NCBI GenBank assembly: GCA_023213395.1
Contig: CM041465.1
Span: 251,603,741-251,667,740 of the forward strand
Source of the DNA: Cycas panzhihuaensis
Lineage: Eukaryota; Plantae; Cycadophyta
DNA: 64,000 bases
Direction of reading: 5' to 3'
Below, in pieces: positions 1-13,559 of the stretch. A model generated the notes under the pieces. That model was not told the DNA's origin and ran no database searches. It worked only from the letters and a program-made list of their open reading frames with translations. The translations under genes and the position numbers were made by a program. How positions within the stretch are numbered: the stretch's first letter is position 1; each line of letters begins with the position of its first letter.

Positions 1-230
1 AAATACAAATAGATGATCGAAAAAGCACCAATACATCTATAAAGTACACCAAGCCCTTCGAGGCGAGGATCCTAATAAGAAAATGCAGCCCTAAGGCCAA
101 AATTCTGCACTTGCCAAAGGCTGAAATTGGAGAGGAAAACGTACACACAATGATGATCAAATGGGCCCCCAAGGGTCCCTATTTATAGGCACATCTTGTC
201 CTTAAGAGTTGAAGTTGTTGGGATGAATAT
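1..230 (-). repeat. LTR fragment (Gypsy-type), runs off window start
   Basis: The reverse complement of 1-190 aligns by eye with 12129-12315 (TATAAATAGGGAC...CCTTAGGGCT...CTCGCCTCGAAGGGCTTGGTG) and more weakly with the LTR at 3562-4100. Right boundary approximate. Confidence 0.7.
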
Positions 231-239
231 TTTTCCTTT

Positions 240-3200
240 CCATAGAATTAGATCTCTTTTTATTGTGTACTTCATGGATCCAATATCTTGTATTTCCCTC
301 TAGATTTTTTAAATAAGGAGGTCATTCTGATATTCTTGAAATAATTCTTGCATCTAAGTGGGTGTTGCTATTGAGACCACTTTAGGGATGTGTTTTCAAC
401 ATTGTCTTCTAGTATTCATGATAGAGCATTGACAATGACATCTTTTTTCCCTTTTTGTATAATATGTTGAAATAGAATGTCTAGAGTTTACTTACCCATT
501 TTTGTTGCTCATCAGATAATGTCTTATGGTTGAGAAAATATTTGAGGCAATCATGGTCTATTTTGACTATGAAGTTATTCCCCAACAAATACTAATGCCA
601 TTGGTGTATGGCGTGCATAATTGCAAGCATTTCTTTATCATAGATGGGTTTAAGTTGTTCTGTGGTATTGAGTTTACGACTCTCGTAAGCCAATGGTCAA
701 TCTTTCTATAGTAGGACTACTATCCTTGTTCCTGATGCATCGCATTCTAATATAAAAGGATAAGAAAAATATGGGGTTGCTAGAATCAGAGTTGTGACCA
801 TTGTTGTTTTCAAGTATTGAAAAGTGTCTTCTGTTGTAGAGTTCCATAGAAAAGCATCCCTTTTTGTGAGATCTGTCAAAGGGGATGTGATATTGGCATA
901 TCCTTTTATAAGTTTTCGGAGAAATCCAACTACTCCTAAGAAACTTCATACTATAGTCACGTTTCTGGGTGTGGGTCAATTTATTATAGCCTGGACCTTT
1001 ATGGGGTCTATCTTAATGCCTTCTTAAGTAATGATGTGCCCAAGGTATTCCAATTCAATCTTCTAAAACATGCATTTGCTTTTATTAGTGAAGAATCAAT
1101 TCTCTTGAAAAATCTATAGGATAGATCAGATATGCTCCAATTGTTCCTCCCATGTTGAGCTGTATATTAGGATTTCATCGAAAAAAACTAGCATGAACTT
1201 ACGTAGAACAAGTTTGAATATCATATTCATCATACTTTGAAATGTTGTTGGGGCATTGGTTAGGCCGAACAACATAACCCTAAATTCAAATAAATCTTCA
1301 TGTATACGAAAAGTTGTTTTGTACACATCTTCTTCCTTGATACAGATTTGGTAATATCTTGATTGGAGGTGAATCTTTAAAAAATATCTTGCTCCATATA
1401 TTTCATCTAGTAGATCATTAATTCGAGGTATAGAGTAGTGGTTCTAGACTGTAACTTTGTTCAATCCTCAATAGTCAATGCACATTTAGTAGGAACTATC
1501 CTTTTTGCGATTTAATATTACTGTTGATGCAAAAGGATTGGTACTAGTCGAGATGTAGCTTTTCTATAATAGTTCCTTGGTAATTTATTCAGTCTCCCTC
1601 TTAAGATGATATGGATGATGATAAGGGTGAATATTGACCGGTGTTGCTGCTGGTACTAACTCGATAGAATGTTGGCATCCTCGATCTAGAGGCAAGCCCT
1701 ATGGCTCTTCAAAAACCTTGTTGTATTGGTCCATGATGTTTTGTACTTCTATTGGCACATCTTCTACCACAACCTTGTAACATGTTATTATATATGCTAT
1801 AGAATTTTTTCTTAAGATCTTCTCCATCCAGTGTGAGGTCACTAATTGGGTGGGAGGCATGGACAGTGCATGTAAACGGTATGTGCGACCCTTTTATTTG
1901 AAACTCATGTATTGGATTTTATAATTGGTGGTGATAAATCATAATGTTTGTAACCATTGGATGCCTAGCACTACATCGACTCCTCCTATCGACATAGCAA
2001 ACATATAGATTGTTGTTGTGCAATTCTTAATTTGCAGGCTTACTTTTGGGCAAAACCCTCCACATGTCATTGTTTTTCCAGTTGCAATTGCGACTTGAAA
2101 AGCATCTAATGTTTGAATTTGTAGGCCTAATTTTTCAACTATGAGCTTATTGATGAAATTGTGGGAACTCTTGTTATCTATGAGGATGGCTACAAGAGAT
2201 CACTTAATTTTCCCTTAGAATTGTAGGGTTTGGGGAGTGGTGACTTCACCTGTGATGGCCTGTAGAGATATTTGTACATGCTCGGTATATGTAATAGAGA
2301 TGTCTTCAACTTCTGTCTTATCAAGTTCATCTGGATGCTCCTCTTCTTCTTCTTCTGTCGGGATGCCCATATCTTTGTTATTGATCATAAATATCTTCTT
2401 GGAGGGGCACTGATAGTCTTAATTCCATTTTCCTCCACACTTGAAACAAGTTCCATGCCTTATGTGCTCTTCTCTATATACTTTTATTGTTTTACTATTG
2501 CCTTTTTCTATTAGGTGAGGTTTGACTTTTATGCCTGATTTAGTCTAGTTGAGTTCGAAACTAGGATTTTGGTAGTAGTTTGGTTCATTTTGTTAGGTAT
2601 AGCTAGTCCTGGCCTCCCTATATTCTCCTTTGATGTTTCTTGCTATGCAGATGGCCTCCCTTATGTTGGCTACCCCTAATGCCTTAATGTGGTATTTGAT
2701 GTTTCTTTTGAGTCCCTTGACATAAGTTTTGTTAATACGATTTCTTGGAAGGGTTGTGGGAATTAAGCTTTGTAAGTTTTGAAATTGTTCTGTGTATGCT
2801 TGAACTAAGCCTATCTGTTGTAATTGGGTGAGTTGGGCAAAGTAGCCTGTGTTCTAAGTTTCTTCATAGTGCCCTTTTAGTGCTCCTTTTAGGGAGTCTT
2901 AATTGTTTGTTTTTTTATTAGAAATCTTTTTCCACCAATTGAACCATTGAAATGCTTTGCCATGTAGATGAGGGGAAGCTACCGGGAGTTTCTCATTGTC
3001 AAGTAGGTCATATACCTGGAAGTAGGCTTCCATTTGAAGTAACCAGATACGAATGTCCCTTGATTTATCAAGATCAATTTTTTCCAAAAAAAAATTGGTT
3101 CTTTTGAGACCATATCTGTGTTCAAAAGCCCTTGGACTCCTATGTTGGTGATCCCTTGCACCTTTGGGTTTGCAGAATAATTTGTCAAACTGCCTTGGAT

Positions 3201-3440
3201 CCTCCTATTCCTGGAACCTATCATCTCCTAAAGATCCTCCTTTCTTTTAGTAAAGTTCAATCTCTTATTTATGTTTTCTAATGAAATGTTGGGTTTTTGG
3301 AGGTTATTTTCAAAATGAGCGAATAGGGCGGCTATCTCATCGTTGAATTGATCAACCCTTTTGTCTATGCCTACTATTGAGACTAATTGAGTGTTCACCA
3401 TTTTGTTTTGTTGGAGAGACTTTCCTGATCTTAATTTCAT
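240..3440 (-). pseudogene. Ty3/Gypsy gag-protease-RT-RNaseH pseudogene; integrase not seen
   Basis: Gag (MKLRSGKS..., IWLLQMEAYF...HLHGKAFQWF), protease LIDNKSSHNF (~2150-2200), RT FRVMLFGLTNAPTTFQ...FFDEILIYS (1126-1326), RNaseH end KGKKDVIVNALS (~420-460). Many stops and frameshifts. Confidence 0.9.
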
Positions 3441-3547
3441 TTAGGGAAAATGAGAAAAACTAAGGGGGGGTGGGGAAATTGAAAATCGCCTTGAATTTTT
3501 TTCTCTTTTTGAAATAGAGATTATCCTCAGGATGGCTTCAAAATGAA

Positions 3548-3559
3548 GCTCTGATACCA
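3548..3559 (-). promoter_or_regulatory. Primer binding site (tRNA-iMet)
   Basis: GCTCTGATACCA is the reverse complement of TGGTATCAGAGC, 2 nt from the LTR end. Confidence 0.9.
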
Positions 3560-3561
3560 CT

Positions 3562-4100
3562 TGAAGTAGGACCACCAATAGAAATAATAGTAAAATAGAA
3601 GATAACACAAAAAAACTACCAATAAAGTGAAAGATTTATCTAATAATTGATAATATACAAGAGATCTTGCATGATTCTATAGAATATAAGCTCAATAATA
3701 CTTTAAAATATGATAAACAAGAAATATAATTTATAAATAAGTACTCGACGCTTAGCTTCCTCTTCGAGGTTAGGTTCCCTCCAATTACTACAACCTTAAA
3801 GGCCAAAAATGCAATGGCTAAAATCCACACTGATGATCCCAAAAAGAGTCCAAGGATCCCTGTAAATAGGTGGTGATATTGAGCCTAAGGAACTTGGCCA
3901 AAAGAGAGATGGAAGTCAAGTGGAAATACATATAAAAGTCGGCCAAGAAGATATCTTGAAGTCGGCTACAAAGAGAAGTAAAATACCATAAAATGAAGTT
4001 GGTTGTATATAATAAATGAAGTCGGCCAAATACCATAAATGAAGTCGTCCAGAATAAAGGAATAGGAATGTTGCAGTTTTGCAGGGTGCACAAGCCTACA
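3562..4100 (-). repeat. 5' LTR of the Gypsy element at 240-3440
   Basis: Starts TG next to the PBS, with a candidate CA end at 4100 (AAGCCTACA). Contains repeated AAGTCGGC motifs. Far boundary inferred. Confidence 0.65.
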
Positions 4101-4496
4101 TTGACAAACTCTTCACATGCTAATAGTACTCAACCTTGTGGATGAACAACAACAACACCTGGATGCAATTCATAGGGCCCACATGCATAATAAATGTCCC
4201 CAAAGAAAAACAATTTCAAAACAATCTCACAATCAATTTTTGAAGGTACAACTTCACACTTAATGCAACTCCTCATAATCTTCCTGCCATTAATCAATTA
4301 TGTCAACATGTCTCAATTTCCTTGGTCACAACAAGCATAATAGTGGTTCCTTCAATCCTCAATGAGCTCCCCCTAGATTTGGATAACACTAGCTCAAACC
4401 TACTTCTAACAATCTCCTTCAAGATCCTTATTTTGGTTATACACTCGCATCCAACAACCTTCTCTCTAGTACCATGTTAAAATTTAGGTTTGATAT

Positions 4497-5017
4497 TGTA
4501 AAGATGCGATATCAAACACCTCATTCAAAGTACAAGCCCATTAATATGGAAGCATTTAACATCAGGTCTAATATATTTCATGATCAATGATAGGGCATTC
4601 AATCACCAAATATGAATCAAACAATCGATATTGAGACACAATTTAAAATGGTAAAAAGATGAGGAAACATCCACTTTAAATAAATGAGATCTCATTAATA
4701 AAAAATTGGTGTACAATAAAGCACATGATGAAGGCACATTAGTTTTCATTAGAGAGAACTACATGTCTACATGATTATCCATGAATAAGCTTTACCCTTT
4801 TATAGAAATAGATCACCTCATTAAAGACAAATGATAATATATCGAACATCCACCAATAAAATCATGTGTGAGAACTTACAAGTCTTCCAATGACTTCGCT
4901 GAGCATTTACACAACATTTTGTGGTGCTTACATATTCACAAACTTGAGAAAGTATGTCCAATGATGCACCACAATATGGCCACTAGACAATTTTATATTC
5001 TCAACACTCCCCCTTAA
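4497..5017 (-). repeat. Copia-type PPT plus 3' LTR remnant
   Basis: Minus strand reads TTAAGGGGGAG|TGTTGAGAAT (PPT 5007-5017, LTR edge 5006). Left boundary is a guess. Confidence 0.5.
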
Positions 5018-5099
5018 TGTTGACTAGATGGGGGATGACCATAAAAATCATGGATTGACCATATATTGAGTTGTATTCTCTAACACAAAACACATCAAA

Positions 5100-6640
5100 G
5101 GTATGCTACTATTGTGGAAAGCCTAGGCACTTCAAGAGGGATTGCAGAAAATTGTAGTATGACCAACAAAAGATAAAACAATTGGGACACTATGCAGAAA
5201 CGGAGGACTCTTGGGACAAACAACTCTTTGTCGCGGCCTTTTAGTCACAACATAATGATGAAGAATCCTAGTACATTGACTTAGGAGCTATTTGACACAT
5301 GAATTTTGAAACATGAACAAGTCTATAGGAGGAACAATCCTACTTAGAGATAATTTGGCTCTACTAGTTAAAGTAGTGGGTGGTATCTTAGTAAATGGAG
5401 ATGAATACATTAGTGATGTGCTATATGTACTTGGTTTAAAGAAAACCATGATCTCTGTGAACCATATTGAGAAAAAGAAAATTAGCATTTATTTTGAAAA
5501 TTCACAATGTGTAATCAGAGGTCAAAATAAAAATGTTTGTATTACAAATTAAAGGTGAAATATGAACAACTGAAAGTACTGACTACTGATGTAACCCAAA
5601 TTTATGGCATAATATAATGGGGCATTTGAACTACAATCGTCTCAAATTAATGTTTAGGATGAACATTGTACATGGCTTACCTAAGATAACTATTGATAAA
5701 TGCTTGTGTGAAGATTGCATTATGGGTAAACAATACTAGAAAAAAATTGAAAAATGTTAAGCATGGAGAGCAAAGGAGAAGTTAGCTTTAGTACATGCTA
5801 ATCTATATGGCCTAATGCCCATAACATCTGGTGGAGGTGCTAAATCGTTTCTAACCTTCATTGATGATTCCTCAAGGAAGTCCTAAGTGTACTTCATCAA
5901 GGATAAATATCAAAATTTTGAGTTATTCAAAGAATTTAAAGAAGTAACTAAGAAACAAATGGGATGAAGCTAAAGATATTGAGATCAGATAATGGGGGAG
6001 AGTACACCTTAAGGGAATTTGAACAATACTTCAAGAATCATAGAATCAAGAGGCAATTCACAACTACACATATGCTACAACAAAATGGAGTAGCAAAAAG
6101 GATGAACAAGACTCTTGTAGAACAAGCTAGGGCAATGATGAAAGGCAAATGTCTATCAATGACCTTTTGGGCAGAAGTTGTAAACATGGTAGCTTATTTA
6201 ACAAACATGAGTTCTACCAAGGCAGTTAGAAACATAACTACTGAGGAGGCATGGTCTGGGCCCAAGCCTATAGTGAGCTATCTCAATGTCTTTGGGTGCA
6301 TTGCATATATGCATATTCTAAAGGAAAGGCATAAAAAATTTATTGACAAACGTTCTAAGTGCATCTTCGTTGGATACAATAAGGCAAGCAAAACTTACTG
6401 AGTATATAAGTTGAAGTAAAAAAAAGTGCATACAACTCAAGATATCATTTTTTAAGAAGGTGACAAAGATATCGATTTGTAGCATTATAGTTCATACATG
6501 ATTAAGGGAAAGAAATTGAAGAACAACCAGAATCAATTTCCTTGAGGCAGATTGGCATAACAAGGTTTGAACTCATCAGTATACCAACTGATAATAATGA
6601 TGATGAAGAGGATGAGGATACCTAGATTGAGAGCATTCAT
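5100..6640 (+). pseudogene. Ty1/Copia fragment: zinc knuckle, protease, GAG-pre-integrase, integrase
   Basis: CYYCGKPRHFKRDC (~5105), *YIDLGAI*HM (~5270), LRSDNGGEY...QQNGVAKRMN...FGCIAYMHI (ORF 5964-6401). Cut off at about 6640 by another LTR. Confidence 0.9.
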
Positions 6641-8126
6641 TATAACAAAACTACCCTTCCCAAAGTCAACTTAAAGAAATAATAATAACAATAATAATAG
6701 TATTAATGATGATTAATTAATTTCAACAGGGGAAGGTACAACTTGTACCAAGGTTTGAAATTAGAAGTTATTTAATGTCATAATCCATCATAGGGCATTT
6801 GTATAGGTATTGCCCCTAGCCCCAAGCTAGAACCATGCTTTGCACGTCCACCTTCTACAATACCCATCTTTGTGGTGGTGTTTCCAGATACCAAATACAG
6901 GAATGGTGTCTAAGCCTCATTTTTGGACATGGGATGTTGCTACTAGCAGCTCCTTGCTGGGCCACATCCTCCTTTTAGGTGTACTAGATAACTCTCTCTA
7001 AAAGAGGTAACCACTTCCTTAGTGAGGGGGCACCTTTCTATATTTTATTTATTCGTGGCGCTTATAATTTATGTAAGTGGATAACTAGTTTCCATGTTTA
7101 GAGGTCCTAACCTCAAGGATGCATCAAGTTAGAAGGTCCATCCCTATAGACATATCAATTTACTCCTCATAATTAATTAAACCAGCATGTGTTGGATTTA
7201 TTTTAAGGAATCTTCCTCTTGATACCATATATTCAAGAGGGGATACTGCACCTTGTCTCCTAGGTACTCTACATAAATGATAATTCTCATTCAATTCCAT
7301 TATTATGGCTCCTTGACTCATAGACATGACTATAATTATTCTTTCCTCAATCTTGTATGAGAGGGAGGTTCCTTTACAATTCCTTCTAGAGGGAATACTC
7401 GTGATCCTTGCCATGCAAGGGAAAGCACTTATAAGCCATAATTTCATTTTGTCATCATTTGAAGGTTTCTTAAGGTTGATAATCATTATTGTTATGGTCT
7501 TTTAACACTTCAACGTTAACATAGCAACCTAGCCCTACAAGTTATTGAATTAAATAAGGAATAAGTCAATAAATGAAAAGTATAACACTCGCAATGTCTT
7601 TTATTCTCATAACTTATACATGCCATAAATTTAATGAGTCATGAAGGCATGTTAACTATTTCTTATCATGTTTCCAACTACATGCTTCTTTCATTTCATG
7701 GATGCAACTTGTATTATGGGTTCGTTTCTACCAATGCATGTTAAATGTCATGCAACTGAATGATCTTCATTACTTCACTCAATTGAAGAAGTATAACAAT
7801 TCGTCATTTCTATTAACTATGTCATGTCTATTTAATGCTCAATTTCACAATTGTAAAGACTTTAAACATGCACCTTTTTTCTTCATGTACTATGGTCTTT
7901 AGTGCATTATTATAATATAAGACTGCCATAATCACCTTTATGTCGTGCATACCAAATGCAATGATATTAAAATATTTCTCACATAATCTCTCATGATAGC
8001 ACTACTATTTAAACACCTTTTATGAAGGTATTAAATATCTTTATAAATCTAAAATACCGAGTGCATACTTCCTTTTATCATGCAAGCAATGTTAATGTTT
8101 CAATTGTCATTTGACTCATTAATGAA

Positions 8127-8135
8127 GAGCATACT

Positions 8136-8171
<36 letters not shown>

Positions 8172-8632
8172 TCATTATTTTACCTTCTGAGACATTCATA
8201 ACATTATGATTTCTAAAGTATGATAGCCCTTCATAAACATTTAAGCTATCTAACACAGCAAGATGATTGAGACAATTTCCAACAATTGATGGAAATTGCT
8301 TCTAACAAGTATGCATCTACTACTTTTCGCAACTTCTCCCAAAATAGAAAAGTAATAAACACGTCCCAAGTTGGTACTATATGGAGAGCATACTTATTAT
8401 GCATATATATATATATACTCATTATTTTACCTTCTAAGACATTCATAACATTATGATTTCTAAAGTATGATAGCCCTTCATAAATTTTTAAGCTATCTAA
8501 CACAGTAAGATGATTGAGACAATTTCCAACAATTGATGGAAATTGATTCTAACAAGTATGCATCTACTACTTTTTGCAACTTCTCCCAAAATAGAAAAGT
8601 AATAAGCACATCCCAAGTTGGTACCATATGGA
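8127..8632. repeat. Tandem duplication, ~250-bp unit x2, each starting with an (AT)n tract
   Basis: GAGCATACTTATTAT... starts at 8127 and 8386. Both units end TTGGTAC(T/C)ATATGGA. Confidence 0.9.
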
Positions 8633-10403
8633 TCTACCACATCAAATCCTTAAGGTTCTGATGTGTGTAGCGCTATACAATCCTTCCTAAAACTGGCAAC
8701 TAGCTTTTTAAATTTTAATTCAAATCTTGTAAAGCATTTTATGGCAAATGAGTGTGTAAAGTTTGCAAACATGGTACACATGTTATAACCTTGTCAATTG
8801 GTTCATACAACCCTATCGTGCAATTTTGTACTTAGTGATATGGTGGTTTATAGGTTCAAATGACTTGTTTTAAATCTACTCAGGAGTGTCTTAAATAGTG
8901 TAAAATCACTTTATAACCATATTTAAATATTTTTTAGGGTAGGATATTGATATAGATGCATTTATAATTAATAAAAAATATTTATTATGGTTAATAAATG
9001 GCTGTTACAATTTATAAATGATATTTTATTGTATTTTACCAAATCAAGAGAATATTAGAAGCTAATTACTTGTATAATCTTAAAATAGCTAGGTATTAAA
9101 TGTTGCATACCTTATTTATGAAGAAATACAAAGGGATAATAGTACCTTTTTGTGTATTCTTCATTTGAACTTACTCTTAGAAAGCAAGTTAACGGAGAGG
9201 ATTAGTGTAATGCCTTTGGCATGCCCACTCATTTCCATTCCTTGCTCCAATAGCATGTCTACATTTCAATGATAGCTTGATGTTTGTTTTGCTCCTTACA
9301 TGTTTATATAGAGAAGTGTTTGGAGAAGAGGAAGGCTTGTTAGAGAAGCTTTCCCCCTTCTTAGCCAATGAGAAGTCGTCTTTTGCATGACCCTTCATAA
9401 TTTGACTTTATACTTTGAAGTTAAATTAACCTATTTAATAAGGGGCTTTCTTAAAAGTCATGAAACACCTCTGCCAACCTCTTAACTATATCCACTTCAC
9501 TTTCCTTTTATAATTTTAAAATTAGTTCCTCTAATTATTGAGGATCTAGTCATTTGAGGATTAGTTTGAGGGGGATAAAATCCCCTCTTGTAACATTGCT
9601 CCCCAAGCTAGGAGATCATTGTCTTCAATGATCAAAGGCTCTTAGGTTGGAAACCATATGTTAGACCTTCTCAATATATTTAATTAATATGTTTGCTTGT
9701 CCTTGTAGTTTTGAGGATTTTCACAATACTGGAAGATATCTAGATAGATGTGATTTAGTTCCTTTAATGGTATCGAGCCATATTAATCAATGAATTGAGG
9801 AATTTTATTTCAAAATTGAAATATAACCTATTAGAAGTTACTATAATAGCAAGTGATTACTCTTATCATAAAAGAGAAGTATTCTTAATATTACTCAAAA
9901 TAGATTGCCTTTTTTATAGGCATCCTTGAGAATTTTACTAAATTTTGTTTTAGATGCATTTGTTATTGGCATCATGAATTATTATAACTAGGAATTTAAT
10001 AATTTTCCATTTTATGCATAATTATTTATAATGTACTTAATTATTGCACATGGCTAGTTAAATTGTAGCTTCTTTTTAGAGTCGAAACTTGTCTAATTAA
10101 TTGGGCCATTTAATATCTAACATAGTGGAGGTTATTTTCTCTAACACTTGACTTTCTCAATTATGTCTGGCTCTAATACCATCACAATAAAACTGGTCTT
10201 CCCTAAGTTAATTTAAAGAGATGATAATAATAATAATAATAATAATAGCATTAATGATGGTTATTTAATTTCAAAGGGGGAAGGTATGACTTGTATCAAG
10301 GTCTAGAATGAGAAGTTATTTAGCATCATAACCCATCGTAGTACATTCCTATATGCATTACCACTAGCCCCAAGCTAGAATAATGCCTTCGACGTCCACC
10401 CTC

Positions 10404-11220
10404 TGTTGACTTCCCTTTTCGCCACTTAGAAAGTACACTTGTCGAAAGATCACTTTTAGTAGTCTAACTAGGGTTTGTGCCAACATATGGGTCACTCACA
10501 CACATACATACCACATAAGTCCATAATATTACAACAATCACACCATTATCATAGCATTATCATCCATCATAGCATCATATAAAAATCAAAAGCAACACAT
10601 GATACACAATTTCCACGTAACTCATTATTTCATTAAGTAATATGATGTTTGATCACTTTACATCATCATATGGCTTCTCATATCCTTGAAAACCTAACAC
10701 AAACTCGAATATTCGATTCTCTACACTACAGAGAATGGCTCCTAATCAAATAACTCAACTCACATCGAAAATGGTAAGAAATAACCCTTTAATACCCTAT
10801 GTGTGCCTTTTGGGGAACAATTGTGACAAATATTCACAACTATACCCTTTACATAATGCATACCCTTTCATAATGATTACACTAACTAAACATTAATTAC
10901 ACTTAGTTATCTTTCTCTCATCCATATGTCCATATGTACGTTCACCCTTGGCTGATATTTTACTTGCATTTTGTTTGTTTTGTGTTGTGCATTCCTTGTG
11001 CATTAATGTTCTAGAAGTACTCGTTATGTTGTCTTGCTCTACAATGCACCTTGCCATGCATTCCCTAAGAAGCATTTCTTGTTGATTTCTGCTTAAATAT
11101 CATGTGTACCTTTACTTGGATGCTTGTTGGGCTATTTTCTTGCACTCACCGTGATCCGTTAGCTGCCAATTGCTACTGTTCTATAGTCCAAACACATAGG
11201 TGCTAGATTTGACCTTAACA
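10404..11220 (-). repeat. 3' LTR of Gypsy 10404-25670
   Basis: Direct repeat of 24890-25670, TG...CA. Confidence 0.9.
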
Positions 11221-11913
11221 TCTATGCTGGCTCAACAAAAGGTGGTCGAGCATCCTTGCTTAAAAAAATTCAAAATATTTCAAAATTTTGGATTGTTTTT
11301 GTTCTCCTCTTGTTAATTAGGTTTGCTATTGCACTCCTAGATCAGTTGTAGTTTCATTGGCCTTGAATAGATCCTCATTAATCTGGGTCAATGTGGAAAT
11401 TATTACATCCTTCTCCTTAAGTTTTTCATGTAGAGTAGTAATTTTTACCTTATATCCCCTTTCCATGTCTTCCACCTTTGTTCGTCCATATTTCACACTT
11501 TTCTACAACACCTATTTTGAATGAAGTGGGATAGGGCTCCCTGGTTTTTGTTGTACCCATCTTGTAATCTTCTTCATTTCTTTCTTTATTTTTCTTTTTA
11601 TCTTTGTATCCTGAATAGTATTGGGAAATATAGTCACCCATCATCTCATTGATGCTTCTCCTTGTTGAATAGGTATTTGCGAGGGTTGGGCATCTAGACA
11701 TTGTTGAAGTAATATCACCCATAGGGGTGAGGATTGCTAAAGGGATGAATCTGGATCTCCATGATTTGTTGGCTCATATTGGTAACTGAGAACTTGCACC
11801 AATTTAGATGCACATTGTCCTAAATTTGTGGCAGTACTGGCATCATTCCTCTAGGAATATAGGGGTGTTTTTGTTTGGATAGGAATTTGGTGACTATTAT
11901 TTTAGCCACCCAC

Positions 11914-12482
11914 TGCAATTACTCATCCCTAATATTAGGAATATAGATGCCTCTTGAGAAAATTTTAGTGTTTGCTTTGTACAACTCTTGTACCCAAATC
12001 TCCTAGTCTGAAGTGACCCCTTATAAGTTAGGCCGACTTCTACACATTGTTGTAGCTGACTTCTATTAAGTATTTTGGGCGCACATCCCCTTGCTCTAGC
12101 CGACTTCAATTAGTCCTAGTTTTTGCATTTATAAATAGGGACTTTCGAGGTCACTTCTAATCATCATTTTGTGCAGGTTTTTCCTCTCATTTCCAGCCTT
12201 GGGCGGTTGCGGATTTTCAGCCTTAGGGCTACATATCTTAGAAGGATTCTCGCCTCGAAGGGCTTGGTGACTATTACAGGTTGTATTAATACTTTTGGAC
12301 TTCTATTTTGTACTTTGTATCGATTTGACATCATCTTTTCAGTATTTGTAATTGATTTATACTTGGAGATATACTTTTATTTGGTATTTTTATATAAGAA
12401 ATTACTAGTTGTATTCTATTATCTGTGAAATTGCTTCGTTCTGTCGCACTTCTATGTCATTTTGAATGAAAGAACCGTTACA
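11914..12482 (+). repeat. Solo-LTR-like insertion, same family as LTR at 1-230
   Basis: TGCAAT...GTTACA termini, TATAAATAGGG box and GCCGACTTC motifs. Homologous to the reverse complement of 1-190. No TSD confirmed, left edge uncertain. Confidence 0.6.
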
Positions 12483-13559
12483 CAGTCCACTTCTAACCTC
12501 TTGGTGATTGTTGGGACATCCCTCTCCTTGGGAAGTCCTATGATTAAGTGGATAATGTCTAAATCAAGTTTTATTTTCCCTATGTCCTTTTTTAGGGCTA
12601 TCAAAATCTAATCCATCATCTTCATATCCTAGTACAATGGTGGCATATGGGTAAATTTACCCCATTTTGCCTATTTCACCTTGTTGTGAAATGTGGCTGA
12701 TATTCCCTCTAATTCGATCCGCAATTTTGGCAAATAGGTCTCCTGAACACCTGTTGTCTTCATATTGACCCTATGGGTGGAACTAATGGAAAAATAGTAA
12801 TTGATTCAAATAAAATCAAGGTGAAATGCACAGAAACTAATGCATGAAGGCCAAAACTTAGATATGTTTCTTGGTGGAACATAATGCTACTACTCACTGT
12901 TGTATGTGTCCCATGTGTTCATCACCCATAATGCACGATTTTCCAAGGACTGTTGGACTAGAATGTGGTTGCAATTTATCACATACTTCGTCCATTGATC
13001 ACTTGAGTATGTCTTCTTTGCTAGGTGAGAAGAATAAGGTATTCATTCGGTTTAAATCTCCTACATTTTTTCGTACATTCCTCTATTGAAACACTAACAA
13101 GAACACATAGTGCAAAATTCACTATACGGTCTTTTGGCTTGTGCATTCTTATTCCGGTTCCATTTCTGAAATGTATAGTGTATTTTGAAGGAATGAATGC
13201 TTAAAATCTCCTTTTATTTAAATAATAATATTCTCTTTTTCCGTAATATCAATTTTTCAATAATATTCTTTTTTCAATAGCATCCTTTTTTCCTTCAATA
13301 ATATAATATTCTATTTTTTTTCCCACATTTTTTCATATGCTTTTGTCCATGATCTTATTTAGATATATGATTTTTTTTAGTTATGTTCTTTTATTTTCTT
13401 TTTTTTTTTTTGTATTTTGATTTTTACGTACTAGGGTAGAATCACATCGTCGACACTAGGACAACCTCGATTGTCCCCAACTTCAAGCAACATGTTATGA
13501 TACATCCAATTGATTCTTGCTAGAAAATACACTAGTGAAGGTAAGGCTTCAACTTGCTA

